This document shows, one piece after another, positions 12,791 through 24,439 of a DNA stretch of 64,000 nucleotides. Each line of letters begins with the position of its first letter. Positions within the stretch are counted from its first letter, which is position 1. A program made the position numbers and the translations under genes. The notes under the pieces were generated by a model that saw only the letters and a list, made by a program, of their open reading frames with translations, was not told the DNA's origin and searched no databases. This DNA comes from Octopus sinensis (taxonomy: Eukaryota): NCBI RefSeq assembly GCF_006345805.1, contig NC_043003.1, positions 100,440,001 through 100,504,000 of the forward strand, read 5' to 3'.

Positions 12791-12977
12791 GCTGGTTTGA
12801 TATACATGTATATATCATTTTATTTCAAAGTCTACTTTTTCATGCTTGCATGAATCAGGCAAGAGTATGTTGGGGCAGAGATTTCTATGGCTGGATGCCA
12901 GTTCAACAGCTAATATTTAAAAACTTAAATCAAAAAGAAAATCAAGTTCGTATGTAGTTAGAAAATTAGATATTCAC

Positions 12978-13018
12978 CAAAGTAGTGCCCAAATTTTCAA
13001 TAACAGGAATTTTATAGC
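12978..13018 (-). CDS. SNRPA1: U2 snRNP A' coding exon 2 (41 nt)
   Basis: tatttcag|GCTATAAAATTCC...ACTACTTTG|gtgaat encodes (G)YKIPVIENLGTTL. Confidence 0.97.
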
Positions 13019-13327
13019 CTGAAATACAATAAGACAATTTTATTAGGAGAGTTAAATTTATAACATTTACTCAAATGACACTCATGTTTATTCAATGTAA
13101 AGCAGTAAAAATGTAGTTCATTGTTAATAACTGTATAAAATTAGAGAAAATACGGGAGTTGTTTGTGCTATTTGAAATAGCGACAAAATTTTAGAATATG
13201 TTGTCAGTCAAATTAACTGAAAATACAGGCCTGACCACTGAAATGTTGCGACATTTGGGCTAGGAACCAGTTGTGTGTCTGAAACGGTTTATTTACCATT
13301 GTCTGTTGTTAATATTTAAAAGTCATA

Positions 13328-13531
13328 GGCGGCGAGCTGGCACAACCGTTAGCACGCCGGACAAATTTTTTAGCGGTATTTCGTCCTTCTTTACGTTCAA
13401 ATTCCGCTGAATCTACATTGCCTTCCATCCGTTAGGAATTGATAAAATAAGTACCAATTGAGAAGTATTGCCAATGTAATCGACTTACTCCAGCCCCCGA
13501 AATTGATGGCTTTGTGTCAAAATTTGAAACC
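13328..13531 (+). mobile_element. tRNA-derived SINE in SNRPA1 intron 1
   Basis: GGCGGCGAGCTGGCA...CCGTTAGCACGCCGG...TTCAAATTCCGC...GATAAAATAAGTACCA; homologous to 44146-44356. Confidence 0.75.
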
Positions 13532-13858
13532 AATATTTAAAACTCGTACATATTGTTTAAAAAAAAATTTGTCAAAGCTTCAAGTTAAAACAACAAATTT
13601 CATTAATCCAACTTGTCTATATTGATTTTTATTCAAATTGTACGTAACAGAATTTGAAAATGCACAAAAGTTTCATTTTTCAGCTAGTATTAAGTCGTTA
13701 ATTTTTTTAATTTCATGACGCATAAAGAGAGTTATACAGGTATGATAATAATAATATTCTTTTGGGATAATAACTAGAATATAAATTTATTAAGCGATAT
13801 CATTGGAAATTAGAAAGTTTGATGATTAAAGAAAAGATCAAGAAGGAAACATGATTAC

Positions 13859-13940
13859 CTCGCAGATCTAATTCACGGTCTCTAACCGGGTTGGTATATT
13901 GAGCTGAATGTTCTATTAATTCAGCAGATAGTTTAACCAT
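13859..13940 (-). CDS. SNRPA1: U2 snRNP A' coding exon 1 (82 nt)
   Basis: acaacaATG...CTGCGAG|gtaatc encodes MVKLSAELIEHSAQYTNPVRDRELDLR(G), the conserved U2A' N-terminus. Confidence 0.97.
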
Positions 13941-14282
13941 TGTTGTTTGTTTAAGCCAATAAATTATTATTTTAACCACTCTAAATATAATAATAATAAT
14001 ACACAGTCAGGTTGGTGAAGAGTATCTAACAACACACTCGTAAGTTTCAATTCGCGATCAAAGAGAGATGAAACACATGGAAGATTAATGGCGAATGGCG
14101 CATGCGCGAAATAAGGGAGATAATTCTGGTGAATTGTTGTTGGGGGCGCTGCTGAGTTTTTAGCGTCTTCCTCTCGTCTTCACCTTTATAAGCAGACGAC
14201 AGGCATTCAGTTGTTATCGCACTTCAATGGAATGTTAAATACTTTCATATAAAAAGAAACCAGTTCAAGCATTGCGTACACG
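13941..14282. promoter_or_regulatory. Shared bidirectional promoter and 5' UTR region of SNRPA1 and SYCP1
   Basis: 342 bp between divergent ATGs; locally CpG-rich; palindromic GCGCATGCGC (NRF1/Ewg-type) at 14098-14107; two ATGGCG (YY1-like) cores at 14088 and 14095. Confidence 0.7.
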
Positions 14283-16949
14283 ATGCAAAGTACTTTAGCA
14301 TCGATGTCTCAAGTCTATGAGAAGACTGATCAAAATTTGGCGAACAGTTCTGAGTCTACAAACTATGGTCTCGGTTTAACAAAAAAACTTAAAATGCCTC
14401 TTATTATGCATAAAAGTACAACTCTGCTTCAAACGCTCCAAGAAAATCTTGTCTCTAAAGAAAAACCAAAACATGAGAAACAATCATTAAATACCCAAGA
14501 TGTAGAATGCAAACTATTTTCCTTGCATAGTCGACTCCGACAGGAAGCTGAAAAAATAAGGGAGTGGAAACTTTCCACAGAAGCTGAAAGCAAACAAAAA
14601 GAGAAAAAAATAGGGGAATTGACCCAAACTATTGAGAATCTTAGAAAATCTTTCATAGAATTGCAAATAGAAAATGAAAACTTAAGTCAAAAGATGCAAG
14701 AAGAAATTAGCAACAGAGAAGAAATTTTGAAAAAAATTGATTTTACTCGAAAAATGTGTAACATTGTCAAAGAACATTCTCAAACTGTAGAGAATAAAAT
14801 GATGCAATGTGAAGCAGAAAGCAATGAATTAAAATATAAAGAAAGAGAACATTTTGAAAAATTTGAAGAACTTTCAGTAAAATTCAATGATTTAAATATT
14901 TCAGCCAAAGACGAAGAAAATAAATTAAAAAATGAAATTAATAATATTGTTCAGGAGAAGGAAAAGCAGAGAAAAGTTTTAGAAAAGAGGATAGCAGATA
15001 TGCAGAATATCAATAAGGAGTTACAGAATGAAATTAGTTGTAGAAATGAAAAGTTGGAACAATTAAATAAAGATTTACATGATGCTAAAGAGGAGAAAGA
15101 TCAACTAAAGTTTGATTATGAAGAATCTAAGAAATGTCTTTCAGAAGTGGAATTTAAATACACAACCCTTAAATTTGAAACAACTGAGAAAAGTAATGAA
15201 GCTTTATTAATAATGGCTTCTTCAGAAAATCTTTTAAAAGAAGCAAATGAAGCTTACGAAAAACTAGAAAAAGAATGTGGAGAATTAAATGTTAAATATA
15301 CATCAGCAAATAAAATGATTGAAGACTTGAAGAGTGATAAAGATATCTTAGTTTTAGAGAATGCAGAGTTGAGTGAAAATCTAAAACAAGAAATAAGCTA
15401 TAAAGACAATCTACTGGCCCAGTTAAATTCCAAATCTGCCAAGATAAATAACCTCAATAGCAACATTATACTGTTAAATGATGAAATAGTCAATGCAAAG
15501 GCTTTGAATGTGGATGCTGCTGATATGCATGAAAAAACAAAAGAAAAACTTAAAACTTTAGAAGAAAAATACAAAACCCTAAGCAATGAGTCAGAAGTAC
15601 TAAAAGGCAAATTTCAAGAAAAAGTGGAACAATTAAATGAGGCCTTGAAAAACATTGAAGAACTTAAAAAAACATCTTCAGTTGAATCTAATGAACTGAC
15701 AAATATTATATCAGAGCTAAGAAATGAAAATAATCTGCTGGAAGATGAAATATCTAATCTAAAAACACAAATGAAAAATCATGAAAGTAAATATTCTTCT
15801 CACATTGGCAAATTAAATAAAACAATTGAAGAAAATGCAATTTCATTTAGTAAATATGCAGATATAGTGAAGGCAAAAGAAACAGAAATTGAAGAATATA
15901 AAGATAAACTTCAAACGATACAAAAAGAAATTGATGAATGTCAACAAGAAAAAGTAGTCTTAATGGGTTATCAAGAAGAACTTAAACAAATGACAATTTT
16001 GAAAGAAAATGCAGTTCAAGATAAGGAGAGAATTTTAAAAGTAAGTGAAAATCAAAAAGAAGAAATGGTGAATACTCTTGAAAAGTATAAAAAAGAAAAT
16101 CAGAAAATATTTGACATTAAGACTAAAGAAATCTACGCAAAGAATGAAAGTGAAATCAAAGAACAAAAATTGAAACATGAAAATGATTTGAAAGAAAAAA
16201 CAAGTGAATTTGAGAAAGAGATCTTACAGTATAAAAGTGAAATTTCTGAGCTAAGACAGAATGTTCAATATCAAATGGAGAACAATATCCAACTTGAAGA
16301 AAAAATAGATATAATGCTAAAGGAGAAAGAAAATATGAAAAAGGAAATGTATGAAAATACCATGCAAACAGTGTTTCCAACAAGAAAACAACCTCAAGTG
16401 GCAGTCCTGATGACACCACAACATCCAATTAATATGACACCTTCAAGAATAAATGTAAATTCCTTTAAATCAAACTTCTTAACTTCCAAGAAGAGAAAAG
16501 TGGTGTTTAATTCTGATGATATGATGCTTGTGTCTGATTCAGACTCCTCAGTATCTGAATGCCAAAGGAACGATAAAATCACAATAAGGACCCCATTATT
16601 GAAACAACACCAGAAGAACATAAATTCACCCAAGAAAGATAATGTTTCTGATCATAAGTTAGAAGAGGTGGTCCTTACTACTGGGAATCAACAAAATCTT
16701 GAAAATAACATTTCAGCAAGAAGTAGGAAAACCAGAACTTTGACTGGAAATAATAAGACAAAAAAAAGTCCAGTGAAACAAAATTTAAATACTGTTAAAC
16801 CAAAGAGAGCAAATGTGAAAAAATCTGAAACTCAACCTGTAAAGAAGTTTTTCAAATCCCCAAAGTCTAAGAGATCACTAGCATCTTCAATTGACAAATA
16901 TGCTTGGTTTGATATGGATTCTGTGTTTGGGTTTGGATCTGATGATTAA
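14283..16949 (+). CDS. SYCP1: Synaptonemal complex protein 1, single-exon 888-aa ORF
   Basis: aa ~78-166 (LFSLHSRLRQEAEKIREWKLSTEAESKQKE...TRKMCNIVKEH) align without gaps to the conserved SYCP1 N-terminal motif as recalled (LSRVYSKLYKEAEKIKKWKVSTEAELRQKE...TRHLCNLLKET). A long coiled coil and a basic, S/T-P-rich tail follow. No stops or frameshifts. Confidence 0.92.
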   Translation: MQSTLASMSQVYEKTDQNLANSSESTNYGLGLTKKLKMPLIMHKSTTLLQTLQENLVSKEKPKHEKQSLNTQDVECKLFSLHSRLRQEAEKIREWKLSTEAESKQKEKKIGELTQTIENLRKSFIELQIENENLSQKMQEEISNREEILKKIDFTRKMCNIVKEHSQTVENKMMQCEAESNELKYKEREHFEKFEELSVKFNDLNISAKDEENKLKNEINNIVQEKEKQRKVLEKRIADMQNINKELQNEISCRNEKLEQLNKDLHDAKEEKDQLKFDYEESKKCLSEVEFKYTTLKFETTEKSNEALLIMASSENLLKEANEAYEKLEKECGELNVKYTSANKMIEDLKSDKDILVLENAELSENLKQEISYKDNLLAQLNSKSAKINNLNSNIILLNDEIVNAKALNVDAADMHEKTKEKLKTLEEKYKTLSNESEVLKGKFQEKVEQLNEALKNIEELKKTSSVESNELTNIISELRNENNLLEDEISNLKTQMKNHESKYSSHIGKLNKTIEENAISFSKYADIVKAKETEIEEYKDKLQTIQKEIDECQQEKVVLMGYQEELKQMTILKENAVQDKERILKVSENQKEEMVNTLEKYKKENQKIFDIKTKEIYAKNESEIKEQKLKHENDLKEKTSEFEKEILQYKSEISELRQNVQYQMENNIQLEEKIDIMLKEKENMKKEMYENTMQTVFPTRKQPQVAVLMTPQHPINMTPSRINVNSFKSNFLTSKKRKVVFNSDDMMLVSDSDSSVSECQRNDKITIRTPLLKQHQKNINSPKKDNVSDHKLEEVVLTTGNQQNLENNISARSRKTRTLTGNNKTKKSPVKQNLNTVKPKRANVKKSETQPVKKFFKSPKSKRSLASSIDKYAWFDMDSVFGFGSDD

Positions 16950-17009
16950 GGACACAAGTTAACAATCAGATTATTAAGAGAACAAAAAGAAAAACAGAAC
17001 CAAATTAAA

Positions 17010-17015
17010 AATAAA
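17010..17015 (+). terminator. Candidate SYCP1 polyadenylation signal AATAAA
   Basis: 60 nt after the stop codon and followed by T-rich sequence; common hexamer in AT-rich DNA. Confidence 0.4.
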
Positions 17016-17692
17016 GAATATTTTATTCCTATGGATATTTTATTAATTCAAATATTGAAGACTGCCACTTGTGGTAATAATTTCTATATTTCGTTATTCT
17101 GTTTTGGTTTTATTTAAACAATTTATTTTTCTCTAAAAAGTAGAATTTTAGCCAAAATCAAATTATTTGGATAGTTGTTAAAAAGTGTTTTTATTAAAAG
17201 TTGTTATTACATAAATGTTATTAAGTCTTATGTTAAGGTTACAAATAGAAAATTAAGTTCTTAATGCATAAGTTTATATATACTTTAAAGTACTTTTAAT
17301 GACAAAGTTTTATGAGGGCTGTTAACCTCATATTTCATGTTCCTATTTTCATACACAATCATCTATTCACAATGCCCAAAGGCTGGGTTTGAAACTGAAA
17401 ACTTGTATTTCTTGAAAATTCAACATTTCAACAAGCATAACATCAAAGATGCAGTCACTGTCGAGCTAACTATTTGTAACTGTTTGAGACATTTAAATTG
17501 ATTGCAGGAATGGCTGTCTTATTCTACCAAAGTCTACACTAGAGCATTAAATGGTTTGAACCTCTACATTAAAAATATAGGCCCTGAATTTGAAATTAGT
17601 CTTTATATATTAATAAGCAACCTAAAGTTATTTATATTTCGTTTTTGGATTTGGTTTGCAAGATTCTTTATATGAGTTCGTGTGTTGAAGCA

Positions 17693-17939
17693 TATTCTAT
17701 TGTGTCTGGGGAGAGTAATTTTCTTTTTGTGCCTTATTACGTAACACACTCACCGGTAAAATTTACACGTTTTTCTTATTTTTATTGTCCTAAAATTTTT
17801 GTTAAACTATTGAAAATGTTGCAAGATGCAACGAAAATTTTACGACAATAAAAATAAGAAAACGTGGAAATTTTACCGGTGGGTGTGTTACATAATAAGG
17901 CACAAAAAGAAAATGACTCTCCCCAGACACAATAGAATA
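17693..17939. mobile_element. MITE with ~95-bp terminal inverted repeats and TA ends
   Basis: TATTCTATTGTGTCTGGGGAGAGT...CCGGTAAAATTT mirrored by AAATTTTACCGG...ACTCTCCCCAGACACAATAGAATA. A related partial copy is near 48231. Confidence 0.9.
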
Positions 17940-19079
17940 AAGTTATTTAGTAAATAAGCAAATTGAAATGTGCAAAACAAAGAAAGGAAGAAAAGCAGAA
18001 TCACAAAAGATGAAGTGAATATTTAAAGAATCTCAAAATTCTCTGAATTCATACAGCTTCCATTTTTAGGTAATTTTTGTGTCTGTACCTCACTTTGTCC
18101 AATAAAGAAGTTTTGCCTGCTAATTGAAATATTTGTTATTAGATGTTAAATATGAGACAAATAATTATAACATCTCTACAAAATTTGAAGTGAATTAATC
18201 AGGTGTAATGGGTTTAATAGAATTTTTCTTATCAAACACAACTTAGTGTTCTTCTAGCATGTTTCTTTAAACACAGTCTTTTCTCTTTAACTCTTTGTTA
18301 CTCATATTTTTGTTGAAATATATCACCTTTGCTTTACTTAATTTTGAAAATAATGGAGAATGTAGTAAAATAATTTTGTTATTATTAAGTTGGTGTTTGA
18401 AACTCAAATTAACATGCAACTTTGATAGAAAATTTTAACTTTGATCATTTTAAAACAAGAAGTCTATTTCATAAAACCAGGGCAATCACAAGATGTGACA
18501 CTGAAATTTTTATCTGTCAATATTTGTAGATATGCATATAAAGTTGAACAGAAAATATCTATTTCAAATATTTGTTTAATCTATTATTTTTGGTGTCCCC
18601 AGTTTACAGATAGGGGAATGGCCAGTAGATACACAAAGAAGCTGCAACTACTCAATAAGCAATCCCAGACAAAATCACAGCTTGCCCTTTTGCAAGGCAT
18701 AGCACCCTGCCAAGTTCATGTTGAAATCCTGAAGCCCTAAAAAGAGAAGAAATGCCACTGTTGTTAAAATAGGAAATGGAATGCAAGACATAAAATACTT
18801 CGTTTTTAGATTTCTTTTCACTCCTCACAACAAATTACACTTTTGTGAAACTTAGTCTGGAAAACCCATCATTATAACTGACACTGTAATTGTCTATAGG
18901 ACCTTGAAAGACATTCCATAACTTGCATTAACTTAATAAAGTTATCCCACATCAGTTGTCATGTAGTCAAGCTAGGAGCACATCCTGCTGTAGTTCTGAT
19001 CTGCCTCAGAGTTTAAAAAATCAGCCACAAAGACAAATGTACATAAATTTTTGAAATGTAAGCAAAATAAATTTGTCTC

Positions 19080-19950
19080 CTCCTTCAATAAATGCACCCT
19101 CTGAAATTTGAACCAATTCCCTGAACTTGTTGTCTCAGCCATCAAGTACAAAATTGATGTTATCTGTGTGCAAGAACACAGGTTTTATCATGATGATGTT
19201 GAGCTGAAATTGCACAATACTGATAGAAGCTGGACTTACTTCTCAGCCTTAGCTTGGAAAGATTCAACCAATTCCACCATTGGCAGTGTGGGTATGCTAC
19301 TAAACCTACCAGCCCTCATCTTTAAACAGCATAATGAAAATTCATGCATAAATAGTAATAGCCGCTTACCAAGGAAATACAGAAACATCACTCATATCTT
19401 GCTTATTCACTAGCAAACACAACAGATAAGAAACTTCCAATTTTATCAGGCTCTCTTTCCTCATTAGAGCAACTAATATCAAAGCACTGTTCTCATAATT
19501 AGAGGTGATGTGGATGCTCATCTCAAAAGATCTGAAGTCATAAATACACATTCCACACAACCATGAATATAATCACTATCTAACTGAATTTATTCTTGAA
19601 AATCAATTAGTATATGTAAATGCCGAATACCAAAAGAAACTCTCCAAGCTATATACATTCAAATATACCAATGGCATGAATACCCAACTTGATAACATGC
19701 TAATCAACAAGAAATGGGTGAATAGTGCCTTAAACACAGTCTTACAATACTTTTGAGGGAGTTAGCAATGACCACAAAATTGCCACATAGAGCTAATAAA
19801 ACTAAATTACCCTCTAGACCTGCATATGATGGGTTAGTTTTTATCAGTAACAGAGGAACCTGTGATCAATACACCATTGCAGTTAGAAACAGATTTGAGC
19901 TAAAGCAAAATGAAAATGGACAAAACTCCTCCAATACAGCCTTACAATAT
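19080..19950 (+). mobile_element. RTE-X-like LINE, AP-endonuclease region; interrupted by the RTE at 19952-23450
   Basis: IDVICVQEHRFYH...AWKDSTNSTIGSVGMLL, followed by GDVDAH and a QLDNMLINKKW-like segment. Confidence 0.7.
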
Positions 19951-19951
19951 C

Positions 19952-22900
19952 ATCAGCATCATCATCATCATTGTTTAACGTTCGCTTTCCATGCTAGCAT
20001 GGGTTGGACAATTTGACTGAGGACTGGCGAACCAGATAGCTGCACCAGGCTCCAATCTGACCTGGCAGAGTTTCTACAGCTGGATGCCCTTCCTAATGCC
20101 AGCTACTCCAAGAATGTAGTGGGTGCTTTTATGTGCCACTGGCATGAGGGCCAGTGAGGCAGTACTGGCAACAACCACGCTCAAATGGTGTTTTTTACTT
20201 GCCACCTGCAGAGGAGCCAGTCCAGTGGCACTGGCAATGACCTCACTCAAATGTTTTTTAACGTGCCACCGGCACAAGTGCCAATGAGGCGATGCTGGTA
20301 ACAATCATGCCCAAATGGTGCTTTTTACGTGCCACCGGCATGGAAGCCAGTTAGCTGCTATGGCAACAATCATGCTCAGATGGTGCTCTTAGCACTCCAC
20401 TAGCACAGATTCCAGTCCTTAAATTTGATTTGATTTCATTTGCCTCAACAGGTCTTCACAAGCAGAGTTTAGTGTCCAATGAAGGAAAGGTACACATAAG
20501 TGGGCTGGTTGCTGGGTCTTCTCAAGCACAGCATATTTTCAAAGGTCCCAGTCACTAGGCATTGCCTCGGTGAGGCCTAATGTTCAAAGGTCGTACTTCA
20601 CCACTTCATCCCAGGTCTTCCTGGGTCTACCTCTTCCACAAGTTCCCTCAACCGCTAGGGTGTGGCACTTTTTCACACAGCTATCCTCATCCATTCTCAT
20701 CACATGACCATACCAGCACAGTTGTCTATCTTGCACACCACATCTGATGCTTCTTAGGTCCAACTTTTCTCTCAAAGTACTTACACTCTGCCGAGTATGC
20801 ACACTGACATTACACATCCATCGGATCATACTGACTTCATTCCTTGCGAGCTTACGCATGTCCTCAGCATGGCCCATGTTTCACTGTCATGTAGCATGGC
20901 TGTTCGTACACGTGTCATGCATTCTACCTTTTACTCTGAGCGAGAGGCCCTTTGTCACCAGCAGAGGTAAGAGCTCTCTGAACTTTGCCAAGGCTATTCT
21001 TATTCTAGCAGCTACACTTTCAGTGCACCCACCCCTGCTACTGACTTGGTCACCTAGGTAATGAAAGCTGTCTAGTTTTTCTCCCTGGAATGTGGCGGAA
21101 GTTGTTCTCTGCACATTTTCAGTGTTTATTGCTCCTGAGCGCCACATACAAAAACTATCTTCCCAGATAGCCTTCCTTTGATATTGCTGCACCTCTTATG
21201 TGTCCATAGCTTACATCTTATAGAGTTTCTACCTACGCCTTTTCTACAGATTGAGCAGAACCATCTACCTGAAGGGATTTGTGGTTTGCCTGCCTTCCTA
21301 CTTATTAGGACTTTGGCTTTAACTAGGTTGGCTCTAAGACCCTTCGATTCTAATCCTTGTTTTCACACCTGAAGCTTTTCCTCTAGTTCTGATAGTGACT
21401 CAGCAATTAGAGCAAGGTCGTCAGCATAGAGGAGCTCCCAGGGGCATCCTGTCTTGAATTCCTCTGTTATTGCCTGGAGGTCTATGATAAATAGGAGGGG
21501 GCTGAGGACTGAACCTTGGTGAACCCCTACCTCTACCCAGAATTCTTCACTGTATTCGTTGCTAACTCTCACCTTACTGACAGCGTCCCTATACATGGCT
21601 TGCACAGCTCTCACTAACCATTCATCTATCCCAAGTTTCGTCATTGTCCACCAGATAAGGGATTGGGGGACCCTGTCAAAGGCTTTCTCCATGTCAACAA
21701 AAGCCAAGTACAAAGGTTTATCTTTGGCAAGGTATTTCTCCTGCAGCTCTCTTACCAGATATATAACATCAGTGGTGCTTTTCCCTGGCACGAACCCAAA
21801 CTGCATCTTATCTAAACTGACTCTCTCCCTAATTAGTTGGGCTATGACCCTCTCAGTGACCTTCATTACCTGATCCAACAACTTGATACCTCTAATTATT
21901 TGTATCTAAAGTGTCACCTTTACCTTTGTAGCAGTTGACTATAGTGCTGCTACACCAGTCGTTGGGTATGACTCCTTTGTGTATAACCTGGTTAACTATA
22001 CAGGTGACTAGGCTATAGCTGACACTGCCAGATATTTTGAGCATCTCTGTCTTCATATTCTTAATTGCTTTATCTACCAATGTACTGTCAACTCAGATAG
22101 CTGGTCCCTCTGTTGGGTCGACATTAGGCAAACTCTCTTTCTCCCATTCATTTTCTTTATTTAGCAACCTTTCATAGTGGTGTCTCGAACTCTCTTTCTT
22201 TGCAGCCTCATTTAGTGCAAGTGAACCATCATCCATGCAGACACATTTCTCTTTTACAACATCTCGATTCTCTCTCACACACTGTCTTGCAACACAAAAC
22301 ACCTCAAGTCTTTGGTTTTCACGGTGCACAACATTGGTAAATTTTTCCTTATCTGACTAAATAAACCTGTCTCCTAGCTTTCTTTCTGGCAGTCTGATAC
22401 AATTCCCTGCTACCACCATTCTTCCAGTCCTTCCAAGCCTGTTTCTTTTCTCTAATAGCCCTGTTGACAACATTGTTACACCACCACGTTATTTTGGGTC
22501 TTGAGGGGACTTTGTACCATCCACAGCTCTGGTCAGTGGCCCTCAGCAGTTTGTCTTCTATATCGTGTGAAGCTATATCCCCTTCTATTCCGTCAAAGGC
22601 TTTGAGTAATATGTCTCTAAATCTCTATCCATTTGCAGGATCTTCCAGACCCTTCTCCTCTATGCTGGTCGTCTTCTGGGTATCCACTTAGCCCTGATTC
22701 TGAAATCACTAACTACCAGTCTATGTTGTGGGGTACATTCTTCACCTGGGAAGGTTTTGGCATTTATAAGCAGCTGTCTTTCCCTTTTTCTGGCGAGGAT
22801 GTAGTCAATTTAGCTTGTGTGTTTGCCAGATCGGTAGGTGACTAGGTGACTGGCAGGTTTCCTGAAGTTAGTATTGCAAACCATAAGATCATTTGCATCA

Positions 22901-23450
22901 CAGAACTCCAGCAGCCTGGTTCTCTCCTCATTGTGGGAATCAAAACTGTAGCCTCCATGTACACCATGGAAGCTCCCTGTATGTTGTCCAACATGTCCAT
23001 TGAAGTCACCAGGCACAAAGAGAAGATCCCTGTCATTCATCAACGAGGTAGTGTGCAAGAGGGTGTCATAGAATCGGTCTTTCTGTCCATTGGGTAGCCC
23101 CGGCTGAGGGGCATAGGCCGAGATAACTACCTCGATTACCTTATCCACCCATTTCTCCACAAGAAGTATACCCACGCCCCCAACCCTGTCAGTGTTCCCT
23201 GCCCAGAAAATCCTGTACCTGTGTTCTTTGCCTGCGAGGAACCTAGCGGAACCTCCTCACCACCTTACTACTTGGATGCAGCACATATCGATACATCTCC
23301 ATTCAAGCATCTCAACAATCTACCTAGACCTACCTTTCAGTGTGCTGACGTTGAGAGTGCCAACACCGAGGGTGTGGGAGGTATGGACCCTTGAGACTCT
23401 GGGACAGGGGACAGCAGCGTCATGTACCTGAAAAGAAAGCTTGCATTTGG
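19952..23450 (-). mobile_element. Near full-length decayed RTE LINE (APE and RT) with (CAT)n tail
   Basis: ISAYAPQPGL..GDFNGHVG endonuclease; AFVDMEKAFDRVP, GVHQGSVLSPLLF and YADD RT motifs; ~60-bp imperfect repeats in the 3' UTR; tail at 19952-19971. Confidence 0.9.
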
Positions 23451-24439
23451 CAGAATTCATAAACAAACAATAGCCTTCAATTCAACCTGCATACACTACA
23501 TTATCATATTTTTGCACTATATGATCACTACCTTACCTAGTAGATAAACCCTAAGTAGAGGTGCAGATGGCGTAAAGCCTTTAGAAGTGTTCATGGGAGA
23601 CAACCAAAGGATGACAAAGTATAGGGACTTCTGGTACAGGTGGAGGGAGTGGGAGGGCGGGGGTACTGCGAACTAGCAAATTTAGATAAGAGCATCTTCT
23701 GGATACGTATTCTTTTGGTGGAGGTATTAAAAATCAAGTAGGGGAATCCGAGTGCATGCACTAGTTTATATAGGGTGGTGGTGGTGGTGGTGTGGTAATC
23801 GAAAGAGAGAGAGACACACACACACAGACATAGTGAGGCCGAGAGAGTGAGAGAGAGAGACAGACAAACAGACAGACAGAGAGGGGGTAGTGGTCAGAAC
23901 ACGAGGGAGAAAAATATTCTTTTGGGATTCGTGTGGCATAATTTAACAAGACAGCAAATGTTGATAATAGTAAAATAGAATTGAAAAATCTGAGAACCAA
24001 TCTAAGACAAAATTAGAGAAATAAGTGACTGTGTGATAAACTTTAATTGATGAATGAATGAATATGTTGCGGTTAAGGAAATGTGTGAACTAAGGTTATC
24101 TTAAGGCAACAACGAGGAAGATGAAACTATTGAAACTATATTTACATGATGACATGGTACGGAAATAGACAGAATAATGAAAAGAACTAATAAGGAGTTT
24201 ATGATCTGTGCAGAAATAGAAGAGTAGATGAATGAGGTTGAAATGACAAAACTTCTTATCTGAGCATCTTCTGGGATTCGTATTCTTCAGCTGAGGTATT
24301 GAAATAGAGTAATTTTGTAATATCCCACACAGAAGTAATCATATCCATAAAACCATGAACTAATAAATGTCTCATCCAAGCCCCTCGAATAAAACCAGTT
24401 TTAGAATATTATAGAAAGAACTAGTAGGCCTATATCACT

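Noticed and set aside
14429-16633. Several minus-strand ORFs inside SYCP1
   Set aside because: Short antisense by-products of the coding strand with no independent support.
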